NCBI GenBank assembly: GCA_021735245.1
Contig: JAIPHJ010000001.1
Span: 20,837 to 84,836, forward strand
Length of the DNA stretch: 64,000 bases
Origin: Candidatus Bipolaricaulota bacterium
Lineage (GTDB): Bacteria; Bipolaricaulota; Bipolaricaulia; M55B111
Direction: 5' to 3'
In this document: in pieces, positions 19,983 to 31,110 of the stretch
How the letters are laid out: every line of letters starts with the position of its first letter
Position numbering within the stretch: position 1 is the stretch's first letter
Made by a program: the position numbers and the translations under genes
Notes under the pieces: model-generated
Told to the model about the DNA's origin: nothing
The model's input: only the letters and a program-made list of their open reading frames with translations
The model's database searches: none

Positions 19983-22900
19983 TCAAGCTGACTTAGAATC
20001 CACGGGGCTTAGCTCCTCTTCCTCGTCTGCAGTCTCCTCCCCTCCCTCTTCTTCCGGCTTCTCTTCCTCGTCTTTGAAGCCAGTGCCAACAGAAACCTTC
20101 TTCCCTACAATTATGTTAGGTTTAAGACCCTTTAGTTCATCGGATTGACCGCTCAAAGCGGCATTGGTCAGTGCGGAAGTTGTCCTCTGGAACGAAGCCG
20201 CGGAAAGCCAGCCTTTGGTCTTGAGAGCAGACTTTGAGATCCTCAATAGCTGTCTATCTGCCTCGGGTAGCTGGAACTCCTTAACGCGTAAATCTCTTAC
20301 TTCGCCGTCCATAATTACAGGAATCTCCTCTACGCCAGATTCCGTCGCGTAGTCCAGCACGTCTTCCGTCACGGTTTCCTCTTCTTTTGCTATTAAACGC
20401 TTGCCCTTCTTCACGTCTTCAGCTATTTCTCGTCCCAGTATCTCCCTTCGATTTTCCCTGACTTTTTCGTTCTTTACCCTTAGCTTCTCAACTACGCTTC
20501 TAAATTCTTCCAGGGTAATCAATTCGTTTTGAGTTAGGTCTGAGTCTCCCCTGTCGCTTACGATCACGTTATTCAACATCTGAGCAATAATAATCTCGAC
20601 GTGGGTATCGTTGATGTCTACTCCCTGGCTCTTATAAACCTTCTGTATCTCGGTAAGCAGGTATTCGTAAGTTCTCTCCACTCCCGCTTTGTCCAGTAAA
20701 TTATGAGGTGGAATTACTCCCTTGGAAAGCTGTTCACCGGGTTTGACTTTATCACCTATTTCTACGACTGGTGAATGGGTAATATTGAGTTCTTCCCTGT
20801 AGCGGTACTCCACCCGGGCGAAATCCTCGCTCACTTCCTCCACTGCTTCGATAATAAGTCTGCGATCGACCGGTCTGTCGAGGGAAAAGAGCGATTTGCC
20901 CTTCTTTACTTCTTCTCCGTCCACGACTTCCGGAATCATCGCTTCGGAAAGCGGTATTCTCTTACGGCCGTCTTCGGGCTGGAATATAATCACCGAGTTT
21001 TCAGCAATCACTAAAACGCCTGACTTGTCAGCTGTGAGCTTGTCGGAACTCTTCAAATCGATTAGCTTTTCGCCCTCTTCGACCCCTTCACCTTCCTCGA
21101 CTAGCGGCTTCGCCATGGGGGGTATGAGGTGGTCGACCACGTTACCCTCCTCATCGATCAGAGAAATTAGCCGCTTGCTCCTGTCTATCTCCTCGATCGT
21201 CCCACCTTTCTTTGCGAATACCTGGTCGAGTTCTACCTTCTGGGAGAGAACGTCTCCTTTTTCTACAAAATCACCCGACTCTTTTTCGATCTCCAACCCG
21301 TCAGGTAACTCGTAGTAAGCGTCCGAACGGCTCATCAGAAGGTACATAACCTTCTGGCCCTTTTCCTCTACTATTCGAACCGTGCCTGCGTGAGGACTGG
21401 TATTGTCGACGATATCCGAGAGGTTAGCTTCTTCACCAGGTTCCACCAGACAGAGAGACGAAGGCACCATCAACTCCTGAGGCTCTCCCTCAATTTCTAC
21501 TCTCTTCCCCTCTTCCGTGTCGGTCATTTCCGTTATATGGCCTTCGATGTCAGTAATAGTAGCCTGAGCACTCTTCGTGGTCTTCCGGGCTTCAAATAGT
21601 TCTTCCGCTCTGGGGAGGCCCTGGGTAATATCCTCACCCGCAACACCACCCGAGTGGAACGTCCTCATGGTCAACTGTGTACCGGGTTCGCCAATTGACT
21701 GAGCAGCAATGACTCCGGCAGCTTCACCTTTGTTTACCAACTCGTGCTTCGATAGGTCCATGCCATAACACTGCTGGCAGACGCCTTTCTCGGTTTCACA
21801 GGTCACTGGCGACCTAACTACAATTCGCGGGCGCACTTCGATCTCATCCACGTCATTAATTTCCAGTTTATCCCGTTCGACCGGACCTATAACTTCGTCC
21901 CTTTCTACAATTACTTTACCAGTTTCTGGATCCCGAATGTCTTCCAGACTGTTTGTACCTATTATCTTCTCAAAACCTACGTCGGTAAGCTCGATTGCCA
22001 CTTGCTTGTTAGCCAGCCTGGACGCTAGTTCCTTACTCACCAACTCGCCCTCTTCTCCCATAACGCTACCGTCATCGGGATTGATAACTGGTTCAGCCAA
22101 CGTCTTACCGTAGACCCTCTCCTCTATACCTTCCATCAATTCTCCTCCGTCGTATCTCAACGGATCTATTTCGAGGCCTCTATTGGTGCCGCAGTCCGAC
22201 TCGCGGACTACGATATTCGAAACAGCTTCGACGAGCCTTCGAGTAAGATAGCCAGAATCGGCAGTCTTTAAAGCAGTATCAGCAGTTCCCTTCCGTCCCC
22301 CGTGGGTAGATATGAAGTATTCCATCATATCCAGCCCCTCGCGGAAGTTCGACTTCACGGGCATTTCTATTACGTCGCCGGAGGGGTCCGCCATAAGACC
22401 ACGCATACCTGCCAGCTGCTTAACCTGATCGGCGCTACCTCGAGCCCCGGAACCAACCATCATCTGAAGAGAGTTAAACTTGTTTTCCGCAAAGTTGCCC
22501 ATGGTAGCTTCCTCGATCTCGTCCACCGTTTCGTGCCAGATGTCCACTATAGTTGAAGATCTCTCGTCTTCGGAAGCCAGCCCGCGTTCAAACATCTCGT
22601 TTACTTCTCTTACCCTCTCCATTGCATGTTCGAGAATAGAATCCTTTTCTGCCGGAGCAAGACAGTCGGTTGTAGAAATAGTAAGGGCCGATTGAGTCGC
22701 TTCCGAAAAGCCAAGCTCTTTCAGTTCGTCCAGTAAACTAACAACCCGTTCGTTGCCATAGTTCTCGTGAACTTTCATCAAAAGGTTGGAAATATCGGAA
22801 GACTCGAATCTTTTATCGTAATCCCTGAGATCAGATGGGAATAGCTCGTTCAACTTCGCCCTTCCTAAGGTCGTATCCACTATCTCACCGTCTATTCTTA

Positions 22901-24959
22901 TCTTTATAGGCGCGTGAAGGCTAATTACGTCGTTTTCGTGTGCCCTTTTTGCTTCCTGAAGGCTGGCAAAGTACTTGTCCTTTCCCTTACCTTCCTCGTC
23001 TACTTCGGTAAGATAGTAGTAAGCGTAAATCTGATCCTGGGTCGGTTTGGTAAGTGGTCCTCCGTAAGCAGGAGAAAGCAGGTTTTTCGACGAGAGCATT
23101 ATATCTCTCGATTCGCTCACTGCTTCCCTCGTTAACGGAATGTGAATGGCCATCTGATCCCCGTCAAAGTCCGCGTTGTAGGGAGGACAAACGTGAGGGT
23201 GAATATGTATGGCGTCGCCGTCAACCAATTTCGGTTCGAAAGCCTCGATTCCCAGCCTGTGAAGCGTTGGGGCTCGGTTGAGCAGTACCGGCCTTTCTTT
23301 AAGCAATTCTTCCAGGTAATTCCAGACATCGGGCATCTTTCCTGCGAGCGCCTTGTTTTTCACTTCGTTGTAATCCGAATAAGTCGTGTCGTCCAGATAC
23401 CTGGTCACGAAAGGCTTGAAAAGCTCCAAAGCCATCTTCTTCGGAACCCCACACTCCCAGAGATTGAGTTCCGGGTCCACCACGATAACTGCTCGGCCGG
23501 AATAGTCAACCCGTCTGCCCAGCAGGTTCCGTCTCAACCTTCCGTGCTTGCCGGATATCCTGTCCGAAAGAGACTTGAGCGGACGATCGTCTTTTCCCCT
23601 AATGGGTGTATTTTTCTTTTCATTATGAATAATGGCGTCCACGGACTCCTGGAGCATCCGACGCTCGTTCCTGAGAATAACCTCGGGAGCCCCCATGTCC
23701 TCCAAACGTTTCAATCGGTTATTTCTGTTTATGATCCTTCGATAGAGGTCGTTCAGGTCCGTCGTGGCGAACTTACCCCCTTCAAGGTGGACTATAGGTC
23801 GGAGATCTGGAGGTAGAACAGGTATTGCATCCAGAGAAATGTCGCTCGATTTGTTTCCCGAATCCCGGAGTTTTTCTACTACACTAAGTCTTTTTGATAA
23901 CTTATTTTTTGCTGTTTTCGATGTTTCCTTCTTCAATCGGTCGCTCAGGGATTGGCTGAGCTCTTCAAGGTCGATATTCTCCAGCAAGCCCTTTATCCCC
24001 TTCGCACCCGTATAAGCTGAAAATCCGGCCGGATACAACCTTTCGTATGCTTCCTTTTCGAGTTGAGCGATCTTCTGTCCGACTTCCAGCGGAACCTCTT
24101 CGTTCTCCACGAAGGTCACCAAAAAGGCGAGGTTGTCAACTTCTTCCTGGGCTTCCTCGGACTCGATGGCGTCGCCGTAACGTGATTTGGCCATTTCATG
24201 GAACGTTTCCGAGCAGATCTCACCCACAGGTGTCTCGGCAATTAAATCCCCTTCCTCTACCTCGTCCCCGTCATTAACCTCGAGAATCACATCCTCCGAT
24301 ACGGGAAATTCTTCGTCTCCTATCGAAACCACTGCGATGCCTTCTCCGTTCTGTAACTTTTTGTGGTCTATCGATACTTCCCCGGCCTCGTTCGCGGTGA
24401 GTTTCGGCGCATCGTTTATTACGATCCCGTTCTCCGTTTCAAAATCGAGATGTCTGGAAAGTATTTCCAGTTCCGAACTATAGAGGCGCTCGCCCTCTCT
24501 GACCTTGTCGTCTTCCGTCGAGGTAACGATTGAAATATCCTCTAGCGTAGTCTCCGCCTCGTAGTAAGCTATTTTCCTCAGGGTTTTCTTCTTTATATCC
24601 AATAATTTGCTCAGCGGACTGGATATTCCTTTTAGAAACCAAAAGTGGATAACGGGACTCGCGAGTTCGATGTGGCCCATGTTTTTCCGTCTGACCGAAG
24701 AATCAGTAACCAGAACCCCACATTTTTCACAGGTTATGCCCTCGTATTTCTTCCCTTCGTATTTACCACAGGCACACTTATAATCCTCTTCGGGCCCAAA
24801 AATTTCCTCGGCGTATAACCCACCCTTTTCGGGCTTGTGAGTTCTATAATTTATCGTCTCGGATTCAGTCACTTCACCGTGAGACCATCTTCTGATCTCT
24901 TCCGGAGAAGCGAACATTAATTTTACTTCCTCGATATCGTCACCCGACAACATCCACAA
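19983..24959 (-). CDS. rpoC: DNA-directed RNA polymerase subunit beta-prime, with a large lineage-specific insertion
   Basis: 1658 aa. N-terminal Zn finger CACGKY...CEKCGV. NADFDGD catalytic loop. A 200-250-aa acidic insertion after conserved region A. A Glu-rich C-terminal tail. No rpoB lies upstream. Confidence 0.95.
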   Translation of the reverse strand: MWMLSGDDIEEVKLMFASPEEIRRWSHGEVTESETINYRTHKPEKGGLYAEEIFGPEEDYKCACGKYEGKKYEGITCEKCGVLVTDSSVRRKNMGHIELASPVIHFWFLKGISSPLSKLLDIKKKTLRKIAYYEAETTLEDISIVTSTEDDKVREGERLYSSELEILSRHLDFETENGIVINDAPKLTANEAGEVSIDHKKLQNGEGIAVVSIGDEEFPVSEDVILEVNDGDEVEEGDLIAETPVGEICSETFHEMAKSRYGDAIESEEAQEEVDNLAFLVTFVENEEVPLEVGQKIAQLEKEAYERLYPAGFSAYTGAKGIKGLLENIDLEELSQSLSDRLKKETSKTAKNKLSKRLSVVEKLRDSGNKSSDISLDAIPVLPPDLRPIVHLEGGKFATTDLNDLYRRIINRNNRLKRLEDMGAPEVILRNERRMLQESVDAIIHNEKKNTPIRGKDDRPLKSLSDRISGKHGRLRRNLLGRRVDYSGRAVIVVDPELNLWECGVPKKMALELFKPFVTRYLDDTTYSDYNEVKNKALAGKMPDVWNYLEELLKERPVLLNRAPTLHRLGIEAFEPKLVDGDAIHIHPHVCPPYNADFDGDQMAIHIPLTREAVSESRDIMLSSKNLLSPAYGGPLTKPTQDQIYAYYYLTEVDEEGKGKDKYFASLQEAKRAHENDVISLHAPIKIRIDGEIVDTTLGRAKLNELFPSDLRDYDKRFESSDISNLLMKVHENYGNERVVSLLDELKELGFSEATQSALTISTTDCLAPAEKDSILEHAMERVREVNEMFERGLASEDERSSTIVDIWHETVDEIEEATMGNFAENKFNSLQMMVGSGARGSADQVKQLAGMRGLMADPSGDVIEMPVKSNFREGLDMMEYFISTHGGRKGTADTALKTADSGYLTRRLVEAVSNIVVRESDCGTNRGLEIDPLRYDGGELMEGIEERVYGKTLAEPVINPDDGSVMGEEGELVSKELASRLANKQVAIELTDVGFEKIIGTNSLEDIRDPETGKVIVERDEVIGPVERDKLEINDVDEIEVRPRIVVRSPVTCETEKGVCQQCYGMDLSKHELVNKGEAAGVIAAQSIGEPGTQLTMRTFHSGGVAGEDITQGLPRAEELFEARKTTKSAQATITDIEGHITEMTDTEEGKRVEIEGEPQELMVPSSLCLVEPGEEANLSDIVDNTSPHAGTVRIVEEKGQKVMYLLMSRSDAYYELPDGLEIEKESGDFVEKGDVLSQKVELDQVFAKKGGTIEEIDRSKRLISLIDEEGNVVDHLIPPMAKPLVEEGEGVEEGEKLIDLKSSDKLTADKSGVLVIAENSVIIFQPEDGRKRIPLSEAMIPEVVDGEEVKKGKSLFSLDRPVDRRLIIEAVEEVSEDFARVEYRYREELNITHSPVVEIGDKVKPGEQLSKGVIPPHNLLDKAGVERTYEYLLTEIQKVYKSQGVDINDTHVEIIIAQMLNNVIVSDRGDSDLTQNELITLEEFRSVVEKLRVKNEKVRENRREILGREIAEDVKKGKRLIAKEEETVTEDVLDYATESGVEEIPVIMDGEVRDLRVKEFQLPEADRQLLRISKSALKTKGWLSAASFQRTTSALTNAALSGQSDELKGLKPNIIVGKKVSVGTGFKDEEEKPEEEGGEETADEEEELSPVDSKSA

Positions 24960-25371
24960 TCACCTCGCTACTATTGATAAAACAACCATTTTACAGGAAT
25001 CTTTTCATGACAATATTACCTGTAGAAAGGCACCTAGCGTTAGTTAAGAGCTATTCTTTTCCTGCTTCGACTCGAAGAATTACTCGTAAAACCAGCCAAC
25101 CCGGATAAATCAAAAACTACAAATTTATTTGTCCCCGATCATTTATTGAATTTGATAAGCTTAGGAAAGTTTTACAGTTAAAGTGGAACAATTAACCAGC
25201 TCTAAAACGCCGCGAGAAAACCGAGAAAAGAATACAACCCTACCTTTTCAGGACTTACGTTCTTGCCGAACTGGAATGCTTCGTAAAGCCAAGAACACTT
25301 CTGGCGTAAAGACCCGAAAAATTCTGAATCTCTTAATAATACCGAAAGTAATCAATCCCCGGTCAATCCTT

Positions 25372-25656
25372 TCATTCACCTGAACTGGCGCCTTCTTTCT
25401 CGCTCTTTCCCGTCTCCCCGGAATTATTTTCGTCTCCTTCTTTTCCGCCGTTTTTTCCGTTTCCTTTATAACCATTACCGTAATCGGTTCTGTAAAAACC
25501 ACTTCCTTTAAACCGAATTCCGACACTTGAAATGACTCTTTCCGTTTCCTTTGACCCACAAACCTTACACTCGGGCTCTTCGTCCTTGTTACCGTTTCTC
25601 TGTAGGACCTTGAAGGTGTTGTCACATTCGGTACAGCGATACTTATATAAAGGCAT
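25372..25656 (-). CDS. FmdB-family zinc-ribbon protein with a Gly/Asn-rich acidic tail
   Basis: MPLYKYRCTECDNTFKVLQ...CKVCGS motif. Confidence 0.7.
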   Translation of the reverse strand: MPLYKYRCTECDNTFKVLQRNGNKDEEPECKVCGSKETERVISSVGIRFKGSGFYRTDYGNGYKGNGKNGGKEGDENNSGETGKSEKEGASSGE

Positions 25657-25853
25657 AATTCCTCCACCTCTCCATAAAACCTAAATTACCCGATTCGGAG
25701 ACAGTTACTTTATCTCACCGTAAAGTCCATAATTCTGACTAATTCTTCTTTTTGGTACCAATTCGAGGTTGGTGCAATGGATAAGAATAAAAGCATTAAG
25801 TTAACTTAACGAAACTGCTCACCAATTATAAGGCAGGTGGGAACTATTTCAAC

Positions 25854-27890
25854 TCATTCCACGAAGTCCTTCCAGTTCCCACCGCTACCGCTACTAACTC
25901 TTGAGCCATCTCCCTCAGAAGACAGGGTGCCGGGCTTTCCTTCTAGGTAAATTTTCTCCTCCTCGGGAATCTCCTCCAAAAACCGGGAAGGTAAGTGACT
26001 GAACCTTTGACCGTAGAGGAACCTGCTATCGGTATAACTAAGGATAACCCTGTTTTTTGCCCTAGTCAGGCCTACGTAACACAGTCGCCTCTCCTCCTCC
26101 ATCCCCCCTTCTTCGAGCGACCTTTTATGGGGAAGTAACCCGTCCTCCATCGCGACCATAAAAACGTAACCAAACTCAAGGCCTTTCGCAGAGTGTAAGG
26201 TCAACAGGGATACTTTATTGCGTTGATCCTCGTAACTATCTACGTCGGACTCGAGGGCGACGTTTTCCAGGAACTCCTCGAGATCGGGGGTTTCGTCATC
26301 CGTCTCCTTTATCTGACCGATCAACTCACGTACGTTATTCCTCCGGTCTTCAGCCGATTCCGGATCGTATTCTTTTTCCAGAAACGAGAAATAGCCGATC
26401 TCCGAAATCATCCCTTTTACGTAGTCAACCAGATCTCGTTCCCCCCTCCGCTCCCTCATATCTTCAATCATTTCCTCGAAGGCTTTCAATCTGGATATCT
26501 GGCGACTCGAAAGTTCAGAAGGCTCCTCTTCACCTGTCAGGACGTCCCACACAGATGCCCCCCGCCTCCGGGCCGAGCGCCGAATTGCCTCCTCGGTTCT
26601 TGACCCTATTCCCCTGCGGGGAGTATTAATTATCCGGAGCAGGTGAAGATCGTCATGAGGGTTACAGATAACCCTTAAATATGCCAGTACGTCCTTTACC
26701 TCTTTCCTTTCATAGAACCTGGTACCCCGAACAATTTCGTAGGGGATATTCCGCTTTACCAGCTTTTTCTCAACTCCCCGTGATAACGGATTTACTCTGT
26801 ACAGTACGGCAATTTCCCCCAGTTCCGCCCCGTTTTCCCTGAGCTTATTTATTTGTCGGACGAGAAAGTCCGCCTCATCCTCCTCGTCTGTTGCGTTGTA
26901 GATCGTTATGGATTTTCCCTCACCCCGCTCCGGCTCCATTTCCTTTTGCTTCCTCAGCTTGTTATTTTCTATTATCGCGTTAGCCGCCCTCAATATAGGC
27001 TTCTTGGATCGGTAATTCCTGGAGAGGTGCACTACCCTTGCATCGGGATAATCCTCTTCGAATTCCAGCAGGTTACTTACGTCCGCTCCTCTCCAGCTGA
27101 AAATAGCCTGATCGTCGTCCCCCACCACGCAGATGTTGTTTTCGGGAGCTGCCAGCTGGCTGGCCATTACGTACTGTGCGTGATTCGTATCCTGATACTC
27201 GTCGACGAGGAGGAATTTAAATCTTTCTCTCCACCTCCGGACGGACTCCAGGTCCTTCTCGAGCAATACGGTGGGAAGTCTGATCAAGTCACCAAAATCC
27301 AGACCGTTCCAGTCCTCCAGCTTCTCCTGATAAGTATTATATACCCTGCTAACCATCCTTAGCGTGTAGTCGTCGAGCTCTCCCGCTTTCTCCGACCTAA
27401 ATTCATCCGGACCGATCAGATCGTTTTTGGCCTCGTTAATTAAAGACGCTATCATTCCGGGCTGAAACTCCTCGGTAGAGATATCCAGGTCCACCATCGT
27501 CTCCTTCACAGCCTTTTTTTGGTCGGACTGATCGTAGATAGTAAAGTACCGATCATAACCCCTGCCGAGCTCTTCGACGAGATCCCGAAGAAGCTGAGCT
27601 CCCAGGGCGTGAAACGTTCCAAGCCAGGGAGATCTACCGTCCAGCTGTCGGGGTAATAAGTTTTCCAGTCTTTCGTTCATTTCGTCAGCCGCTTTGTTGG
27701 TGAAGGTTAGCCCAAGTATATTGGATGGCTCGACTCCGTAATGATCTACTAAATAAGCCGCCCGATGAGTAATTACTCTCGTCTTACCGGACCCGGCCCC
27801 CGACAGAACCAACATGGGGCCCTTATAGTGAGTAACTGCGCTAATCTGTTCGGGATTCAGTTCTTCCAGCAATTCTTTAGATTTATTCAT
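25854..27890 (-). CDS. uvrD: ATP-dependent DNA helicase UvrD/PcrA
   Basis: 678 aa with Walker A GAGSGKT and UvrD helicase motifs. Confidence 0.9.
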   Translation of the reverse strand: MNKSKELLEELNPEQISAVTHYKGPMLVLSGAGSGKTRVITHRAAYLVDHYGVEPSNILGLTFTNKAADEMNERLENLLPRQLDGRSPWLGTFHALGAQLLRDLVEELGRGYDRYFTIYDQSDQKKAVKETMVDLDISTEEFQPGMIASLINEAKNDLIGPDEFRSEKAGELDDYTLRMVSRVYNTYQEKLEDWNGLDFGDLIRLPTVLLEKDLESVRRWRERFKFLLVDEYQDTNHAQYVMASQLAAPENNICVVGDDDQAIFSWRGADVSNLLEFEEDYPDARVVHLSRNYRSKKPILRAANAIIENNKLRKQKEMEPERGEGKSITIYNATDEEDEADFLVRQINKLRENGAELGEIAVLYRVNPLSRGVEKKLVKRNIPYEIVRGTRFYERKEVKDVLAYLRVICNPHDDLHLLRIINTPRRGIGSRTEEAIRRSARRRGASVWDVLTGEEEPSELSSRQISRLKAFEEMIEDMRERRGERDLVDYVKGMISEIGYFSFLEKEYDPESAEDRRNNVRELIGQIKETDDETPDLEEFLENVALESDVDSYEDQRNKVSLLTLHSAKGLEFGYVFMVAMEDGLLPHKRSLEEGGMEEERRLCYVGLTRAKNRVILSYTDSRFLYGQRFSHLPSRFLEEIPEEEKIYLEGKPGTLSSEGDGSRVSSGSGGNWKDFVE

Positions 27891-27957
27891 TGTTTTTGGT
27901 TTTTGTAGTGTTTTGATCGCCTGTTTTTAAATTTCTGGATTGGGAATTACAAAAAGG

Positions 27958-29001
27958 CTATAACGATAGTTCCGCTAATTTCCTACTTTCCAGAGGAGTT
28001 ACTTCCAGGCTATAAGTTTCGTTATCGTGCTCAAACCTGTAATTAACGGGGGCCCTCACCTGGTCGTCCACTTCACTTTTCGCGACCGTAATCCTGGCAG
28101 CCAAATCAACGACCTCCTCCAGTGTACTGTCGGACTTTCCTTCCCAATCGGACCGAACCAATCCCATGGGGCCCGAATGGGTTGGAAGGTAAAACCGCAG
28201 GTCCCTTGGAAGAAAGTAATTGTGTAATTCCCTTTTCTCTTCTGGATTTTTTGCTAAAACTATTTTTGTATCCGGAGGAATTTTGTAGTAATCACCGAAG
28301 CCCAGCAACCTGAGGTCGTTCACGTTAAAACCCTCTTCCTCGACGAGGTCTTTCAGCCTTCTTCGGTACCTCGGACTCGTCAACTTGCACCTTGTTCCCG
28401 AACCGTAGAACTCGGGCTTCGTTTTCAGGTCAAGCTTTTCGGCAAGGTCTTTCGAGGAATTCTCCGAACTGACTCCCAGATCACCATCCGAAGTTGTCCA
28501 GCCCTTCCTTTCCGGAAGGGAATCATTCATATTCGGAGAAAGCGGGCGAAAAACCTTTCCCTCGACTTCGGCCCGTCTTTCGATTTTCGCAAGTTGTTCG
28601 CCCCAGGATTCACCCCTTAAATCGGTCGTCTCTCCGGAAACTAAAAAATCCCCCCCGACTCGATCAAGGAACTCTCCTCCCGTTTTCAGGAGAGCGAATC
28701 TACATCTCATACAGAAAGAATCGGCCTCCAACAGGTCCATTCCCCCTGACGACGCTATACTTTCCGTCTTGCGCTTTATCGACTTACTCCTGAACTGACA
28801 TTCGGGCCACAAACTATTGGCGGTCTCCTTAATTTCTTCGTAGTAGCCGAAAAACGGTGACCGAAAGGTCAGAAGGATCACGCGGTCGACGTTACAATGG
28901 TTTACTGCTATCTCCGTGGAAAGTGAACTTGAAAGGCTACCTGAGAATAGAGAAACAGCCTCTCGCATTGAAGGGCTCCCCACTAAGATATATTGGATCA
29001 A
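27958..29001 (-). CDS. Hypothetical protein of unknown function
   Basis: 347 aa. It carries an SGGMD motif, but not in the hydrophobic context of a canonical PP-loop. No confident family call. Confidence 0.35.
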   Translation of the reverse strand: MIQYILVGSPSMREAVSLFSGSLSSSLSTEIAVNHCNVDRVILLTFRSPFFGYYEEIKETANSLWPECQFRSKSIKRKTESIASSGGMDLLEADSFCMRCRFALLKTGGEFLDRVGGDFLVSGETTDLRGESWGEQLAKIERRAEVEGKVFRPLSPNMNDSLPERKGWTTSDGDLGVSSENSSKDLAEKLDLKTKPEFYGSGTRCKLTSPRYRRRLKDLVEEEGFNVNDLRLLGFGDYYKIPPDTKIVLAKNPEEKRELHNYFLPRDLRFYLPTHSGPMGLVRSDWEGKSDSTLEEVVDLAARITVAKSEVDDQVRAPVNYRFEHDNETYSLEVTPLESRKLAELSL

Positions 29002-29019
29002 ACCCGGACCCGAATGTAG

Positions 29020-29553
29020 TTAAATCTGAGGATCGATCAACCCGTATTTTCCGTCGTCTCTCTTATATATTATATTGATCTGGTCGTCGTTCGAATTCAC
29101 AAAAACGAGAAAATCCTGCTGGTACGAATCTAATTGCATTGACGCTTCGTCCGGCGTCATTGGCTTCTTGAAATATATATCCATCTTAACTATTTCCCTT
29201 TGACTTTCCTCCGGGGAAAAGTATTCAGAACTAACCCTTCCGTCGTCATCCAGCTCCCCTTTATGTTTATCTTTCAGTTTTTCCTTAATTTTTTTTAGCT
29301 GTCGTTCCAGCTTATCCATTGCACTATCTATCGACACGTACATATCGTCGGACTCTGCTGACGCTTTCGCTACCTTTTTGTTTATTAAGTGAGCGAATAC
29401 CGTAACCGTCCTTCTCTCCTTTTGCACGTCCATCGTTACTTCCACGCTAATTATCCCATCGAAGAATTTCTGTAGGTTCTCAGCTTTTGATATCGCGTAT
29501 TCCCTCAACGGATCGCTTTGCTCCATATGCCTTTCTTCTATTCTAACTTTCAT
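29020..29553 (-). CDS. hpf: Ribosome hibernation promoting factor (long form)
   Basis: N-terminal RaiA/HPF domain plus a C-terminal dimerisation extension. Start set to MKVRIEERHMEQ. Confidence 0.85.
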   Translation of the reverse strand: MKVRIEERHMEQSDPLREYAISKAENLQKFFDGIISVEVTMDVQKERRTVTVFAHLINKKVAKASAESDDMYVSIDSAMDKLERQLKKIKEKLKDKHKGELDDDGRVSSEYFSPEESQREIVKMDIYFKKPMTPDEASMQLDSYQQDFLVFVNSNDDQINIIYKRDDGKYGLIDPQI

Positions 29554-29652
29554 TTTTCTCACCTACGGTGGGAGTTATGGTAACTTATCGATTTTACTAA
29601 TTCAAAAACTCAAAAAACGGCCCTGTGATGGCACCTTCGAAAAAGAAAATAT

Positions 29653-30399
29653 CTATATGGATTCGGAAGACGAGCCCGTCCGGGTAATCAACTCCTGTCC
29701 GAAATGAAATTGGCCAAACCTGTCCAGAAGGGAAAACCCATCGTGCAACTGGTTTTCCGTAACTTTAAGCCGTTTGACCTCGATCTGGGGTGTGCCGCTC
29801 AACCTTACGAGAACCTTTCTCAACCCTGCGGATAATTGAAACTCTTTTTTGGACGAACAATCGGGACAAACCAATCCACCGGCCTCTGGCGAGAAACAAA
29901 CGGAATTTTCATCGTCCACGGAACTGCCACATCTGCTGCACTTTCTAAGCTGGGGCTGATAGCCAAGGTAGCGAAAAAATTTAAGGTAAAACGCCAGTTC
30001 GACCACCTTCGGCCGGAGCTGGCTTTCGTCAAGAGACAATAGGGTGTCCTTAAGCAAGTCGTAAGCTTTCATTTCTCGCTGGCCCTCCTCCAGCAGTTTA
30101 TTCACAATTCGGGCGCAGCGCAGACCGGCATCTATAGCCTCTCCGGAACCCCTTATCCCCTCCCAGTTTTCTATCAATTTCGCTTCACTGATAAACTCCA
30201 GCCCGGAACCCTTATAGAACACTACTTCAACCAGGTTCAGCAGGTCGAACACGCCCCCGAACTTGCTCTCCAGCTTTCTTGCACCTTTTGCGATTCCGGC
30301 GAATTTCCCCGATTCCCTCCCAAAAAGAGTCACCACGTAGTCACTATCCTTGAAATCTACTTTCCGGATGACGAATACAGTGGCTTTCTCAATTGCCAT
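29653..30399 (-). CDS. recO: DNA repair protein RecO
   Basis: 248 aa with Cys4 zinc motif CSRCGS...CPDCS. Confidence 0.85.
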   Translation of the reverse strand: MAIEKATVFVIRKVDFKDSDYVVTLFGRESGKFAGIAKGARKLESKFGGVFDLLNLVEVVFYKGSGLEFISEAKLIENWEGIRGSGEAIDAGLRCARIVNKLLEEGQREMKAYDLLKDTLLSLDESQLRPKVVELAFYLKFFRYLGYQPQLRKCSRCGSSVDDENSVCFSPEAGGLVCPDCSSKKEFQLSAGLRKVLVRLSGTPQIEVKRLKVTENQLHDGFSLLDRFGQFHFGQELITRTGSSSESI

Positions 30400-30416
30400 T
30401 AAAATCTATTGTATGG

Positions 30417-31091
30417 TTAGTCTTCCGGTGCACCCTGAACTATCTCAACCCCACTACTCGCGCCTATCCTGGTTGCTCCCGCCTCAATCATCTCCCGGGC
30501 GGCTTCGAAATCGCCTATCCCCCCGGCAGCTTTCACGCCCATCTCATCCGAAACCAGGCTGCTCATTAGCTCTACGTCCTCGACGGTGGCTCCAGCAGGA
30601 CCAAATCCTGTAGAAGTCTTAACGAAATCGGCTCCGCTGGCCTGAGCTATTACACAACCGGCCCGCTTTTTCTCCTCGTCCAGCAAACTCATCTCCAGGA
30701 TCACTTTTACGAGCACGTCCCTCGTACTGCCCTCCGCGGCCTCGGTAACCGCAGCTATATCCCGGGCGACTTCTTCGTAGTCTCCTCTTCTCAACGCAGG
30801 AATGTTTACCACCATATCAAGCTCATCCGCCCCGTCTTCAATGGCCAGCTGGGCTTCGAATCCTTTCGCTCCCCGTTTGTGAGTTCCGTGAGGAAAACCC
30901 ACCACCGTATCTACCTTGACCTCCGTTTCCTTCAGCAGTTTCTTTGCGGTTCTAACGTAGATCGGTTCAATACAGACCGAGGCGAAACCGTACTCCTTCG
31001 CTTCTCGACAGACTCTTTCCACGTCTTTTTCTGAAGATCTGGGACCCAGAGTGGTATGATCGATTAACCCCGCCACGTCGGATTTTTTCAT
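30417..31091 (-). CDS. deoC: Deoxyribose-phosphate aldolase
   Basis: Active-site region KTSTGFG. IDHTTL N-terminal motif. Start chosen at the Met preceded by an AGGAGG Shine-Dalgarno sequence. Confidence 0.85.
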   Translation of the reverse strand: MKKSDVAGLIDHTTLGPRSSEKDVERVCREAKEYGFASVCIEPIYVRTAKKLLKETEVKVDTVVGFPHGTHKRGAKGFEAQLAIEDGADELDMVVNIPALRRGDYEEVARDIAAVTEAAEGSTRDVLVKVILEMSLLDEEKKRAGCVIAQASGADFVKTSTGFGPAGATVEDVELMSSLVSDEMGVKAAGGIGDFEAAREMIEAGATRIGASSGVEIVQGAPED

Positions 31092-31110
31092 AGTTCCCTC
31101 CTCTGATAGT

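Noticed and set aside
23142-23816. 224-aa plus-strand ORF antisense to rpoC. Similar long antisense ORFs lie at 20896-21315, at 34982-35497 (rpsA), at 41078-41629 (ftsH) and at 33157-33531 (cmk).
   Set aside because: Each is fully embedded antisense within a strongly supported conserved gene. They are Ser/Pro/Arg-rich, as expected from reverse-complement reading of Glu/Asp-rich codons, and have no homology.
25248-25667. 139-aa ORF overlapping the FmdB-like gene in another frame
   Set aside because: It is an alternative-frame artefact. The FmdB frame carries the conserved CxxC...CxxC zinc-ribbon motif.
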